Source: an uncultured Roseobacter sp.
Lineage (GTDB): Bacteria > Pseudomonadota > Alphaproteobacteria > Rhodobacterales > Rhodobacteraceae
DNA length: 64,000 nt
NCBI RefSeq assembly: GCF_947491795.1
Contig: NZ_CANLKW010000007.1
Location: forward strand, 1,915-65,914
Direction: 5' to 3'
Shown here: in pieces, positions 39,213 through 48,013 of the stretch
How the letters are laid out: each line of letters starts with the position of its first letter
Position numbering within the stretch: the first letter of the stretch is position 1
Position numbers and translations under genes: made by a program
Notes under the pieces: generated by a model
What the model saw: the letters and a program-made list of their open reading frames with translations, nothing else
Told to the model about the DNA's origin: nothing
Database searches by the model: none

Positions 39213-40015
39213 CCGTCCAGGAAACAGAAAGGCCCCGGACGGATACACCGCCTGTGACGCCGGGCGATGCCACGACGCGGGCCTCTTATCAGCTGTATTT
39301 CACCTCTGGTTTTTATGACCGGCGCTATCCGGCGCCGAACCGGACGATGTGGGGCCGGATTGCCGGGTTCCTGGGGCCCGGGGCATCGGTGCTGGATTTC
39401 GGCTGTGGCAGCGGGCGCTATCTGCTGCGCCTGCAGGGCAGGGTGGGTCGTGCCGCCGGTTTCGACGTGAGCCCCGCCGCCCTGGAGACGGTCCGCGCGC
39501 GGGCGGCTGAGCTGGGCTGGGAGGATCTGGCGGTGCTGGGCCCCGAGGCGGCAGACCTGGACAGGTATATCCGGGAACAGGGGCCGGTTGATCTGGTGCT
39601 CTGTCTCTTTGGGGTGCTGGGCCATATCACCGACACCGACGCGCGGGCGGATGCGCTGGAGCGGATGCGCCGTGCGCTCAGGCCCGGATCGGGGCGGATG
39701 CTGATTTCGGTGCCGAACCGCGCGCGCCGGTTCCGCCGGGAGCAGGCCACCAGCGCCCGCGACGGTCTGGTGCGCTATAAACGCCGCACAGAGGACGGCC
39801 AGGAGGTGGTGCTGAACTATCAGTTGTTTGATCCGCTGATGCTGACGCGCGAGCTGGTCGCCGCCGGGTTCAGCCTGGAGAACATCTGCTGCGAGAGCGT
39901 GCTGCCGGAAAGCTGGCTGCTGCACCACGCGGCGGCGCGCTGGATCGACGGGCTGCTGACGCCGCTTTGTCCGGCGCGCTGGGGTTACGGCATCTGCGCG
40001 GAGGTCTCATGCTGA
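39209..40015 (+). CDS. Class I SAM-dependent methyltransferase
   Basis: VLDFGCGSGR, DLVLCLFGVLGHI, RALRPG. Confidence 0.9.
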   Translation: MTVQETERPRTDTPPVTPGDATTRASYQLYFTSGFYDRRYPAPNRTMWGRIAGFLGPGASVLDFGCGSGRYLLRLQGRVGRAAGFDVSPAALETVRARAAELGWEDLAVLGPEAADLDRYIREQGPVDLVLCLFGVLGHITDTDARADALERMRRALRPGSGRMLISVPNRARRFRREQATSARDGLVRYKRRTEDGQEVVLNYQLFDPLMLTRELVAAGFSLENICCESVLPESWLLHHAAARWIDGLLTPLCPARWGYGICAEVSC

Positions 40016-41685
40016 GAGCGCTGGCGCTGATACTGGCCCTGACGGGTGCGCTGCTGCCGCAGGCGGGGCAGGCGCAGAATGTGCCGCCCGAACTGGTCGC
40101 GGAAATGCCACAGGAGGTGTCGAGCCGGCTGGCGCATATCCTGCAGCGCGGCACGCTGATTGTCGGGGTCAAGGATGACTATCCGCCCTGGGGCATGCGC
40201 AACGAGGCCGGCGCGCTGATCGGGCTGGAGCCGGATCTGGCGCGTGAACTGGCCGACCGGATGGGCGTGGAACTGGAGCTGCAGGCGGTGAATTCGGCCA
40301 ACCGGATGGCACGGGTCAATCAGGGGGTTGTCGATGTGGTGATTGCCACCACCGGCGACACCGCAGAGCGCCGCCGCCAGGTCGGCATGCTGCAGCCGAA
40401 TTACTATTCCAGCGGTGTCGTGGTGCTGACCCGCGAGGGCTATGATTTCAATTCCTGGGAAGAGCTGCGGGGCCGCAAGCTCTGTCTGAAGCGCGGGGCC
40501 TATTACAACCGCACGCTCGAGGAAGACTATGGGATCGACGGGGAGTATTTCAGCTCGAACCGGGATTCGCGGCTGGCGCTGCAACAGGGGCGCTGTGTCG
40601 GCTGGGCCTTTGATGACACGGCACTGGTGCAGCTGATCAACAGCCAGAACGATGCCGCGGCAGGCGCGGGGCAGGGCGCCAGCGGCACGTTCCGCATCAT
40701 GGACGAGACGATCCTGGTATCTCCCTGGGCCATTCTGGTCGCAAAGGGCGAGGAAGACGCGCCTCTGGGCCGGTTCGTGTCGGACATGATCGGCGAGTGG
40801 CACGCGGCGGGGCGCATTCTGGATCTGCAGGACAAATGGGGCATCCCGCGCAGTGACTTTGTCGTGGCCAAACACGCGTTGTGGCGCGCGGTTCAGTTTG
40901 GCCGGGCGGTCTGTGCCCGCGATCCGGAGACCGGGGATCATCTGTATAAATGTCTCAACGAGGCCCCGCTGCAGAGCGCGCCTGATCCTGATCCGCCTGG
41001 CTGGATTGTCACCCTGTACGAGGTGACGGGGATCGACCTGCGCGCCGCCGCCAGCCCCTATAACTTGGAGCGTCTGCAGCGCGGGCTGATGCTGACCCTG
41101 GCGCTGAGCCTGTTTGCCATTATCGGCGCGCTGCTGGTGGGGGTCACCCTGTCGATGATGCATATCGTGCTGGCGGGTTTCGGGCTGATCGGGCGCATAT
41201 TGCTGCTGCCCCAGAAACTGCTGGTCACGGTGGCGCGGATGACGCCGCCCATTCTGCAGCTTTATATCGTGTTCTTTGGCCTGGGCGGCATTCTGGGCAA
41301 TTCGGGCGGGTTTTTGCCCGGCTCTTTCGCCATCGCGGTGGTGATCCTGTCGCTTTATGCCGGGGCCACCAATTCGATCATCCTGAGCCATGCGCTGGAG
41401 GCCGAGCGCGCGATCCATCCGGACAAAAGCGCGCTGGCGCTACTGCCGGGGGCGGTGTCGCGGGGGTTTGACGGGCTTGTGGCGGCCTGTGTGAACATCG
41501 TCAAGGGGGCGGGCATGGCCAGCGCCATCGCGGTGGGCGAGCTTATCTCTACCATCAACCTGCTGGTGTCTGAGGGGGCGGATACGACCACGCTGATGAA
41601 CGGGCTGCTGCTGTTCTACTTTCTGTTCATTCTGGGCCTCGTCTGGCTGTTCAAAGCGCTGCGGCGCAGGATGGTGCGGTCATGA
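40009..41685 (+). CDS. Polar amino acid SBP fused to ABC permease domain
   Basis: RGTLIVGVKDDYPPWG, GLEPDLA; C-terminal GLMLTLALS..RMTPPILQLYIVFFG. Confidence 0.88.
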   Translation: MLRALALILALTGALLPQAGQAQNVPPELVAEMPQEVSSRLAHILQRGTLIVGVKDDYPPWGMRNEAGALIGLEPDLARELADRMGVELELQAVNSANRMARVNQGVVDVVIATTGDTAERRRQVGMLQPNYYSSGVVVLTREGYDFNSWEELRGRKLCLKRGAYYNRTLEEDYGIDGEYFSSNRDSRLALQQGRCVGWAFDDTALVQLINSQNDAAAGAGQGASGTFRIMDETILVSPWAILVAKGEEDAPLGRFVSDMIGEWHAAGRILDLQDKWGIPRSDFVVAKHALWRAVQFGRAVCARDPETGDHLYKCLNEAPLQSAPDPDPPGWIVTLYEVTGIDLRAAASPYNLERLQRGLMLTLALSLFAIIGALLVGVTLSMMHIVLAGFGLIGRILLLPQKLLVTVARMTPPILQLYIVFFGLGGILGNSGGFLPGSFAIAVVILSLYAGATNSIILSHALEAERAIHPDKSALALLPGAVSRGFDGLVAACVNIVKGAGMASAIAVGELISTINLLVSEGADTTTLMNGLLLFYFLFILGLVWLFKALRRRMVRS

Positions 41686-42362
41686 TCCAGGCGCTTGCTG
41701 AAAAGATCCCGCTGCTGGCGTATCTTTATGATCTGCTGATTGCGCCCTGGAGCCCGGCGCTGGCCTTTACCGGGCATCTGGCGGGCGGTTTCACGATCAA
41801 TCTGCTGATCTCGGTGGTGTCGATGACGCTGGGCACGGTGATCGGGGTGATCCTGGGGCGGATGCGGTTTGCGGGCGTCAGGGTGCTGGATGGCCCGTCC
41901 CGCCTGGCCACGAACATCTGCCGCAATGTGCCCAGCTTTGTGCTGCTGTTCTATATGGCATCGATGATCCCCAGCGAGGTGAATATCGCCGGTCAGATCA
42001 TGGCGGTGCCGCTGTGGATCAAGGCGGCGCTGGCGCTGCTCTTTCCGGTGATCGGCTTTTGTTCGGACCAGTCCTGTGGCTATTTCGAGCAGCGCAAAAC
42101 CGACCCTGCCGGCGCGCGCGAGACCTTTGTGATCGCCTGGACGCAGTATTTTCTGATCATCATCATGGCCTCTGCCACCGCCTCTGTCATCGGGGCGGAC
42201 GAGATCGTGGGCCGGGCCAATTCGATCATTTCGCAGACCAATGACGACCAGCTGATGCTGAGCATCTATTTTTATGTCTCGCTGTGGTTTCTGGCCAGCG
42301 GTCTGCTGGTCACGGGGCTGATTAAAACAATTCTGAAACTTGGCCCAAAGGTAGAAAATTAG
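41682..42362 (+). CDS. Amino acid ABC transporter permease
   Basis: GFTINLLISVVSM..RNVPSFVLLF..ASVIGADEI. Confidence 0.85.
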   Translation: MIQALAEKIPLLAYLYDLLIAPWSPALAFTGHLAGGFTINLLISVVSMTLGTVIGVILGRMRFAGVRVLDGPSRLATNICRNVPSFVLLFYMASMIPSEVNIAGQIMAVPLWIKAALALLFPVIGFCSDQSCGYFEQRKTDPAGARETFVIAWTQYFLIIIMASATASVIGADEIVGRANSIISQTNDDQLMLSIYFYVSLWFLASGLLVTGLIKTILKLGPKVEN

Positions 42363-42404
42363 TCAGATGTACCCGGAAAAATTGAAAAAATGGCGGGACT
42401 CATA

Positions 42405-42432
42405 TTGCTTTTGATCAACTCCTGGTTACGCT
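42405..42432 (+). promoter_or_regulatory. Candidate sigma70-type promoter of the eCIS structural operon
   Basis: TTGCTT-N16-TACGCT about 100 bp upstream of the DUF4255 gene. Confidence 0.3.
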
Positions 42433-42532
42433 GCGGCAAGTTGCCACCGAAAGTAAGAGGTGCTGCCTTGCTTCCAGTTCGCCAGTGTTCCAGCCCAGTC
42501 GACCTCTGTGAGCGCGGAGGACCGGTACCGCT

Positions 42533-43108
42533 GTGATTGATCAGGCCCTGACCCTCGTGAGTGACCGGCTGAACGCGCATCTTTCTGCGCTGTTCTCGGT
42601 CTCGGAGGATCTGGTGGCCGTGGGCCCGCTGTCTGACGCAGAGGGCAAACCCACAGCAGAGGCGCGCAACCGGCTGACGCTGTTTCTGACCAATATCGCG
42701 CAGGATTCTGTACCGCGCGGAGGGCGTCCGCGCGGATCGCTGCAGATAGGGCAGGCGCCGCCTGTGCATCTGGATGTCTATTTCATGCTGGCTTCGGGCC
42801 ACGACCCGGAGATCTATGGCGAGGGGCTCAAACTGATCTCGGCGGCGCTGATGTTTTTTCAGGCCAACCCGGTGATGACGCCGCAGCTGGTGCCGGAAAT
42901 GCCGGACGGGATTTCGCAGCTGACGGTGGAAATCTCGAACCTGAAGGTCGAGGAAGTGGGCCAGCTCTGGGGCAATCTGGGGGGGCGCTATGTGCCTTCG
43001 GTCATGTTCAAGATGCGCTCGGTCATGATTGATGCCGGTGCGATCCGCTCGATTGTGCCGCTCATCCGTGCGCCGGGTGGCGAAACCAGACCCCGGGAGA
43101 CAAGCTGA
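42533..43108 (+). CDS. afp16: eCIS cap/terminator protein Afp16/Pvc16 (DUF4255)
   Basis: PVHLDVYFML..Y.EGLKLIS..FFQANP..LWGNLGGRYVPSVMFK. Confidence 0.9.
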   Translation: MIDQALTLVSDRLNAHLSALFSVSEDLVAVGPLSDAEGKPTAEARNRLTLFLTNIAQDSVPRGGRPRGSLQIGQAPPVHLDVYFMLASGHDPEIYGEGLKLISAALMFFQANPVMTPQLVPEMPDGISQLTVEISNLKVEEVGQLWGNLGGRYVPSVMFKMRSVMIDAGAIRSIVPLIRAPGGETRPRETS

Positions 43109-43842
43109 TGACCTGGGCGGCAATTGCACAGCTGCGACTGGTGCACGACTATTATGCCCCGAACATGCCCCCGGTGACCGTGCGCCCGGCAGACCCGACC
43201 GCCTTTGACAAGGAGGGCCTGCTGCTGCGCCAGATGGGTCCGCGCGTTCTGGTGGTGGCCGAGGAGGACAATACCGAACTGCCCGAAAGCGTCACGCTGG
43301 ATCTGGATGTGCAGAACCCGGATGTGATCGCGCTGACCGAAGGGGCCAGCTGGACGCATGTGCCGCAGATCGGTCTGCCGCTGCATCTGGACAATGCGCA
43401 GCTGAGTGCTGCCGGACCCTCGGACGTGCCGCAGCCCCCGTCGAGCCGGAAACTGGCGCAGGTGAGCATCGGGCTGAGTGCGGGCAGTCTGCGGCGGATG
43501 ACCCTGCGCTGCGAGGCCGTCGCCTCGCACTGGGCCTATCATGTGACCGGCCCGGGCAGCGAAGAGGTGGTCATCGAGGATACCGAGGGCGCGGTGCTCT
43601 TTGATGCGCTGGGGGCCGTTGATCTGCCCGATGGCACGCCCGCCCATGTGATCCGCTCGCGCGATGCGCTGCCCGCCCGGGCGCGTCCGCTGCAGCGGTT
43701 CAGCCTGTCGCGTCCCGGCCCCTTTGGGCCGCGCACCCTTATTCCTGTGCTGCCCGCGCCGCAGCCGCTCTTTACCACGGTGCCCACCCCTGACGGGGCG
43801 GGGGCACTGATCCAATCCGACATTTACGTATCGATCTTTTAA
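43108..43842 (+). CDS. eCIS accessory protein between cap and sheath (possible cap adaptor)
   Basis: LVHDYY..WAYHV..LIPVLPAP..SDIYV pattern; translational coupling. Confidence 0.6.
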   Translation: MTWAAIAQLRLVHDYYAPNMPPVTVRPADPTAFDKEGLLLRQMGPRVLVVAEEDNTELPESVTLDLDVQNPDVIALTEGASWTHVPQIGLPLHLDNAQLSAAGPSDVPQPPSSRKLAQVSIGLSAGSLRRMTLRCEAVASHWAYHVTGPGSEEVVIEDTEGAVLFDALGAVDLPDGTPAHVIRSRDALPARARPLQRFSLSRPGPFGPRTLIPVLPAPQPLFTTVPTPDGAGALIQSDIYVSIF

Positions 43843-43857
43843 AGGAGGACCCGCAGC

Positions 43858-46200
43858 ATGGTCATGAAAACCCCCGGCGTCTACATTGTCGAGAAAAGCG
43901 CCTTTCCCAACTCTGTCGTGCAGGTAGCCACGGCAGTTCCGGCCTTTATCGGCTATACTGAAAAAGCAGTGAACGGGAATGTTTCCCTGCACGAGACCCC
44001 GATGAAAATCACATCGGTGTCCGAGTATCACGGCTATTTCGGGGGCGCGCCCGAGCCCTCGTTCAAGCTGCGCCCGTTCGAGGAGCGCACCGGCCAGCCT
44101 TATGGTGAGGATGCGGATATGGCCGCCGCCGCCGAACTGCCTCAGGCGGTGTTCACGGCCAATGGCCCTGCCGGGCCGGAAAAGTTCGAACTGGTTCAGA
44201 CCAACACGGCCTATACGCTGTATTCGGCGATGCGGGCGTTCTTCCTTAATGGTGGCGGCAACTGCTATGTGACCTCGATCGGGTCCTATGCCGATCCGAT
44301 TGATGCGGATGCGATGCTCAAGGCAATCAAGCGTCTGGAGAAAGAGCCCGAGCCCACGATGCTGGTGATCCCCGAGACCACCCGCCTGAACCGCCAGAAC
44401 GGTGCCAAGGTCCAGCAGCAGATGCTGGCGCACTGCGGCTACACCATGAAAAACCGCTTTGCCATTCTGGACGTGCATGGCGGCTATCTGGACGAACGCA
44501 GCCCACGTGGCGATCCGATTGCACGGTTCCGCATGGATGTCGGTGCCAACTATCTGGATTACGGCGCGGCCTATTATCCCTGGCTGGACAGCGCGGTGTA
44601 CCAGTCGCGTGACTTTACCTTCGAGAACATCGAGCTGGAAAGCCGCAACAAGTTCATCTCGCTGCTGAAACGCTCGGTGAATATGGACAAGGCGCTGGTG
44701 CCCGAGATCCTCAAGGTTGGCACAGCCGAGGTGACGGGTGACTTTACGATCTCTGTCACCAAAGGCGGGATTTCGGTGCTCAAGTCGACGGATATCCATG
44801 CCGCTGACGATCTGGCCGAGGCCGCAGAGCTTCAGTATATGATCGAGGGCGACGCCACGGCCCTGCAGGCCCAGATGAAGGGCAAGCTGGTCACCGGGGC
44901 CAAAAACGCAGGGGCCGAGGCGCTGGCCGCAGCCGATCCGGTCTTTTCCTTTACGCAAAAGGACATCGACGACGGCAAGATCCGCTTTGTGCACAACGGC
45001 AGCGAGGGATCGGGCGGATTCTTTGAACTGGTGATCACCGACAACGAGGGCGTGAAAACATCCGCGCGCAAGATTGTCGTGTCTGTCGGGTCGGACGTCA
45101 TTGCCCTGCCTGATGTGGTCAAGGAAAAGCCGGTCAAAATCTCTGTCGCCGAAGAGGGCGTTGAGATCGAGGACGTTGTCCTGCTGGGCGCGGATCCGGT
45201 CGACGAAGTTGCCGAGAAAAACGGCTCTGACGCTGTTAAGACGGCGCGCCAGGCCCTGGCAGATGCCGCCGATGGTACTGATCTGGCGCCGCTGCAACAG
45301 GCCGTGGCCGATGCAGAGGCCGCAGCGGTTGCCGCTGTGCTGGACAAAACGGTGACCCGCAAGGGCGTCGGCGTCTGGAAGGTAGAGGGCACGGATGTCA
45401 TCCTGGCCCCCAACAAGGAGTTCCGCGGCGCGGAAACCGCCGTGCGCTACAAGCTGGTTGTCGGTGGTGAGTTGTCTGAAGCCAAAGAGATCAAGGTCCT
45501 TGTGGACGGCATCACAGACGACAACCCGCCGCCTGATCCGATGACGGCGACAATCGACAAGACCATGCGGGCAACCGTGCCGCTCTATACGGATGTGATG
45601 AATGCCATCGCCGCCTATATGAACGTCATGCCCCCTGCCGCTGCCATGGCCGGTGTCTATACCGCGGTGGACAACACGCGCGGTGTCTGGAAAGCCCCCG
45701 CGAATGTCTCTGTGGCCGGTGTTACCGGACCGATGGTCAATATCGATCACGGCCAGCAGGAAAACCTCAACGTTTCCACAACGGGCAAATCGATCAACGC
45801 GATCCGGCCGTTTGTGGGCGAGGGGACCCTTGTCTGGGGCGCGCGTACACTCGACGGCAACAGCCTCGACTGGCGCTATATCAACGTGCGCCGCACGATG
45901 ATCATGATCGAGGAATCGATCCGGCTTGCCGCCAAAGCCTATGTGTTTGAGCCCAACACGGCACAGACCTGGGTGACCATCCGGTCGATGATCGAAAACT
46001 TCCTGACTTCGGTCTGGAAAGCGGGCGGTCTGGCCGGTGCGGTGCCTACGGATGCCTTCAGCGTCCATGTGGGTCTGGGCGAGACGATGACGCCGGTGGA
46101 TATCCTGGAAGGCAAACTGCTGATCACCGTTCTGGTGGCGGTCGTGCGTCCTGCGGAATTCATCGAGATCACGTTCCAGCAGCAAATGCAGAAATCATAA
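43858..46200 (+). CDS. eCIS contractile sheath (Afp2/3/4 family) with large inserted domains
   Basis: KTPGVYIVE, TAVPAFIGYT, FFLNGG, GAAYYPW, RGVWKAPAN, VWGARTL, YINVRR, PAEFIEITF. Confidence 0.96.
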   Translation: MVMKTPGVYIVEKSAFPNSVVQVATAVPAFIGYTEKAVNGNVSLHETPMKITSVSEYHGYFGGAPEPSFKLRPFEERTGQPYGEDADMAAAAELPQAVFTANGPAGPEKFELVQTNTAYTLYSAMRAFFLNGGGNCYVTSIGSYADPIDADAMLKAIKRLEKEPEPTMLVIPETTRLNRQNGAKVQQQMLAHCGYTMKNRFAILDVHGGYLDERSPRGDPIARFRMDVGANYLDYGAAYYPWLDSAVYQSRDFTFENIELESRNKFISLLKRSVNMDKALVPEILKVGTAEVTGDFTISVTKGGISVLKSTDIHAADDLAEAAELQYMIEGDATALQAQMKGKLVTGAKNAGAEALAAADPVFSFTQKDIDDGKIRFVHNGSEGSGGFFELVITDNEGVKTSARKIVVSVGSDVIALPDVVKEKPVKISVAEEGVEIEDVVLLGADPVDEVAEKNGSDAVKTARQALADAADGTDLAPLQQAVADAEAAAVAAVLDKTVTRKGVGVWKVEGTDVILAPNKEFRGAETAVRYKLVVGGELSEAKEIKVLVDGITDDNPPPDPMTATIDKTMRATVPLYTDVMNAIAAYMNVMPPAAAMAGVYTAVDNTRGVWKAPANVSVAGVTGPMVNIDHGQQENLNVSTTGKSINAIRPFVGEGTLVWGARTLDGNSLDWRYINVRRTMIMIEESIRLAAKAYVFEPNTAQTWVTIRSMIENFLTSVWKAGGLAGAVPTDAFSVHVGLGETMTPVDILEGKLLITVLVAVVRPAEFIEITFQQQMQKS

Positions 46201-46225
46201 GTTTTGAACAGGAAGGAAATTTAAT

Positions 46226-46684
46226 ATGGCAGATGATGGTTCCGCCCAGACGAATGCGGTCTGGCCGCTTCCCAAGTTCCACTTTCAGGTAAAGTGGGAC
46301 GATACGGAGCTGGCCTTTCAGGAAGTCTCCGGGCTCGACATCGAAAGCGAGGTTCTGGAGTACCGCGCGGGCAACAACCCGGTGTTCTCCAAAATCAAGA
46401 TGCCGGGGATGATCAAATCCGGCAACATCACCATGAAGAAGGGCGTGTTCATTCAGGACAACGCCATCTGGGACTGGTTCGCTGAAATCCAGATGAACGT
46501 GATCAAACGCAAGGCGATCACGATCTCACTGCTGGATGAGACCCAGGCGCCCACGATGGTGTGGAAAGTGCAGAACGCGTTCCCGGTCAAGGTGACCAGC
46601 ACGGATCTCAAGGCCGAAGGCAATGAGGTCGCGGTGGAGAGCATCGAGATCGCACATGAAGGTTTCGTGATCGAGAACGCGTAA
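46226..46684 (+). CDS. afp1: eCIS inner tube protein (Afp1, T4 gp19 family)
   Basis: FHFQV..FQEVSGL..EYRAG..KMPG..NITMKKG..NEVAVESIEIAHEG. Confidence 0.95.
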   Translation: MADDGSAQTNAVWPLPKFHFQVKWDDTELAFQEVSGLDIESEVLEYRAGNNPVFSKIKMPGMIKSGNITMKKGVFIQDNAIWDWFAEIQMNVIKRKAITISLLDETQAPTMVWKVQNAFPVKVTSTDLKAEGNEVAVESIEIAHEGFVIENA

Positions 46685-46688
46685 TCAC

Positions 46689-47144
46689 ATGGATCTGCTC
46701 AGCCCTCCTGTTGCGTTTCATTTTACGGTCATGTTCGTGGGAATGGTCCCGCCCGTGCCCGACATGGCGTTTCAGGAGGTTTCGGGCCTTGAAAGCGGTC
46801 TGGACACCGAGCCCGTGGTCGAGGGGGGAGAAAACCGTTTCGTGCATCAGCTGCCGAAGCCTGCCAAGCGCGGGAATCTGAAGCTGAAGCGCGGGATGTC
46901 CACCCAGGCCAGCGGTCTTGTGCAGTGGTGCAAATCGACCATCGAGGGCGATTTTGCCGAGGCCATCGTGCCCAAGGACATCACGGTGTCGTTGCTGAAT
47001 CAAATGCGTATTCCGGTGGCCGTCTGGACCGTCGGGAACGCCTATCCGGTCAAATGGACGGTGGGGGGATTTGACGCGATGAAAAACGAACTGGCGGTCG
47101 AGACGATCGAACTGGCCTATACCACGCTGGTCAGGTCGGTCTGA
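46689..47144 (+). CDS. afp5: eCIS tube initiator (Afp5)
   Basis: FQEVSGL..EGGENRFVHQLP..LKLKRG..AYPVKW. Confidence 0.93.
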   Translation: MDLLSPPVAFHFTVMFVGMVPPVPDMAFQEVSGLESGLDTEPVVEGGENRFVHQLPKPAKRGNLKLKRGMSTQASGLVQWCKSTIEGDFAEAIVPKDITVSLLNQMRIPVAVWTVGNAYPVKWTVGGFDAMKNELAVETIELAYTTLVRSV

Positions 47145-47317
47145 TGGCTGTGGAAATCGGAACGCTGGTGCTCAGGGGCCGGTTCGGGCCTGCGCGCGAG
47201 GATACGGGCGCACAGGTGCCCGATATGACGGAGGCTTTTGAAGAGCTGCGCCGCGATCTGCTGCGCGCGATGGACGAGCGCATGGACGAGGCCGCGCGCC
47301 GGAGCCGGGAGCGCTGA
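47144..47317 (+). CDS. Small Afp6/DUF5908-like plug protein (57 aa, not in ORF track)
   Basis: MAVEIGTLVLRG...RSRER*; canonical position between afp5 and afp7. Confidence 0.8.
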   Translation: MAVEIGTLVLRGRFGPAREDTGAQVPDMTEAFEELRRDLLRAMDERMDEAARRSRER

Positions 47318-47320
47318 TCC

Positions 47321-48007
47321 ATGGCCAAGCTCAAGATCATCCGGTGCTCGATTGAAGCGAGCAAGATCGAGCCCAAAAGCGGTGCGGCTAACACCTTTGA
47401 GGCGACGATCAATCCTGAAAGCTACAGCCATAACTTTTCGCTGAAATACACCGGTACAATGGGCAAGGGCGACGGGGCCGTGGGCAAATCGGGTGCCATC
47501 CCGAAATATTCCATGGCTGATCCCGAAAAGATGAGCTTTTCGCTGACCGTGGATGGCACAGGTGTGGTGCCGGATGCCGCCGATCTGACGGTGGCGGACC
47601 AGATCGATCAGCTGCGCACCGTTTGTTATGATTACGACGGCGACGAGCACGAGCCCACGGCGGTCAAGATCATCTGGGGCAACGGGCTCAAGGAGTTCTT
47701 TGGCCGGCTGACGGATATGTCGGTGGATTACACGCTTTTCAGCCCGGATGGCACGGCCCTGCGCGCCAAGATCAAGCTGAACTTTATCGAGGCCCGCACC
47801 GCCGCCCAGGAAGCACTGGAGGCCAAGCGGCGCTCGCCGGACCTGACGCATGTGATCCGGGTACAGAGCGGCGATACGCTGCCGCTGCTGTGCCACCGCA
47901 TCTACAAGGATGCGGGCAAGTACCTCGAAATCGCCGCCTTTAACGATCTCGACAATTTCCGGGACCTGGAGCCAAACACGCTCCTGCGGTTCCCGCCGAT
48001 GAGGTGA
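47321..48007 (+). CDS. afp7: eCIS Afp7 tube initiator with LysM-like domain
   Basis: INPESY, YTLFSPDGTALRA, SPDLTH..GDTLPLLCHRIY. Confidence 0.92.
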   Translation: MAKLKIIRCSIEASKIEPKSGAANTFEATINPESYSHNFSLKYTGTMGKGDGAVGKSGAIPKYSMADPEKMSFSLTVDGTGVVPDAADLTVADQIDQLRTVCYDYDGDEHEPTAVKIIWGNGLKEFFGRLTDMSVDYTLFSPDGTALRAKIKLNFIEARTAAQEALEAKRRSPDLTHVIRVQSGDTLPLLCHRIYKDAGKYLEIAAFNDLDNFRDLEPNTLLRFPPMR

Positions 48008-48013
48008 GGGATC

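Noticed and set aside
42430..42530. Possible riboswitch or ops element in the eCIS leader (CACC-GAAAGTAAGA-GGTG hairpin)
   Set aside because: Does not match c-di-GMP riboswitch or ops consensus by eye; an Rfam/Infernal scan would be needed
42988..46185. 1065-aa minus-strand ORF (also 48038-50110, 51364-53415, 39985-41418, 57257-58813, 60305-61747)
   Set aside because: Antisense shadows of well-supported plus-strand genes in GC-rich DNA; no recognisable motifs
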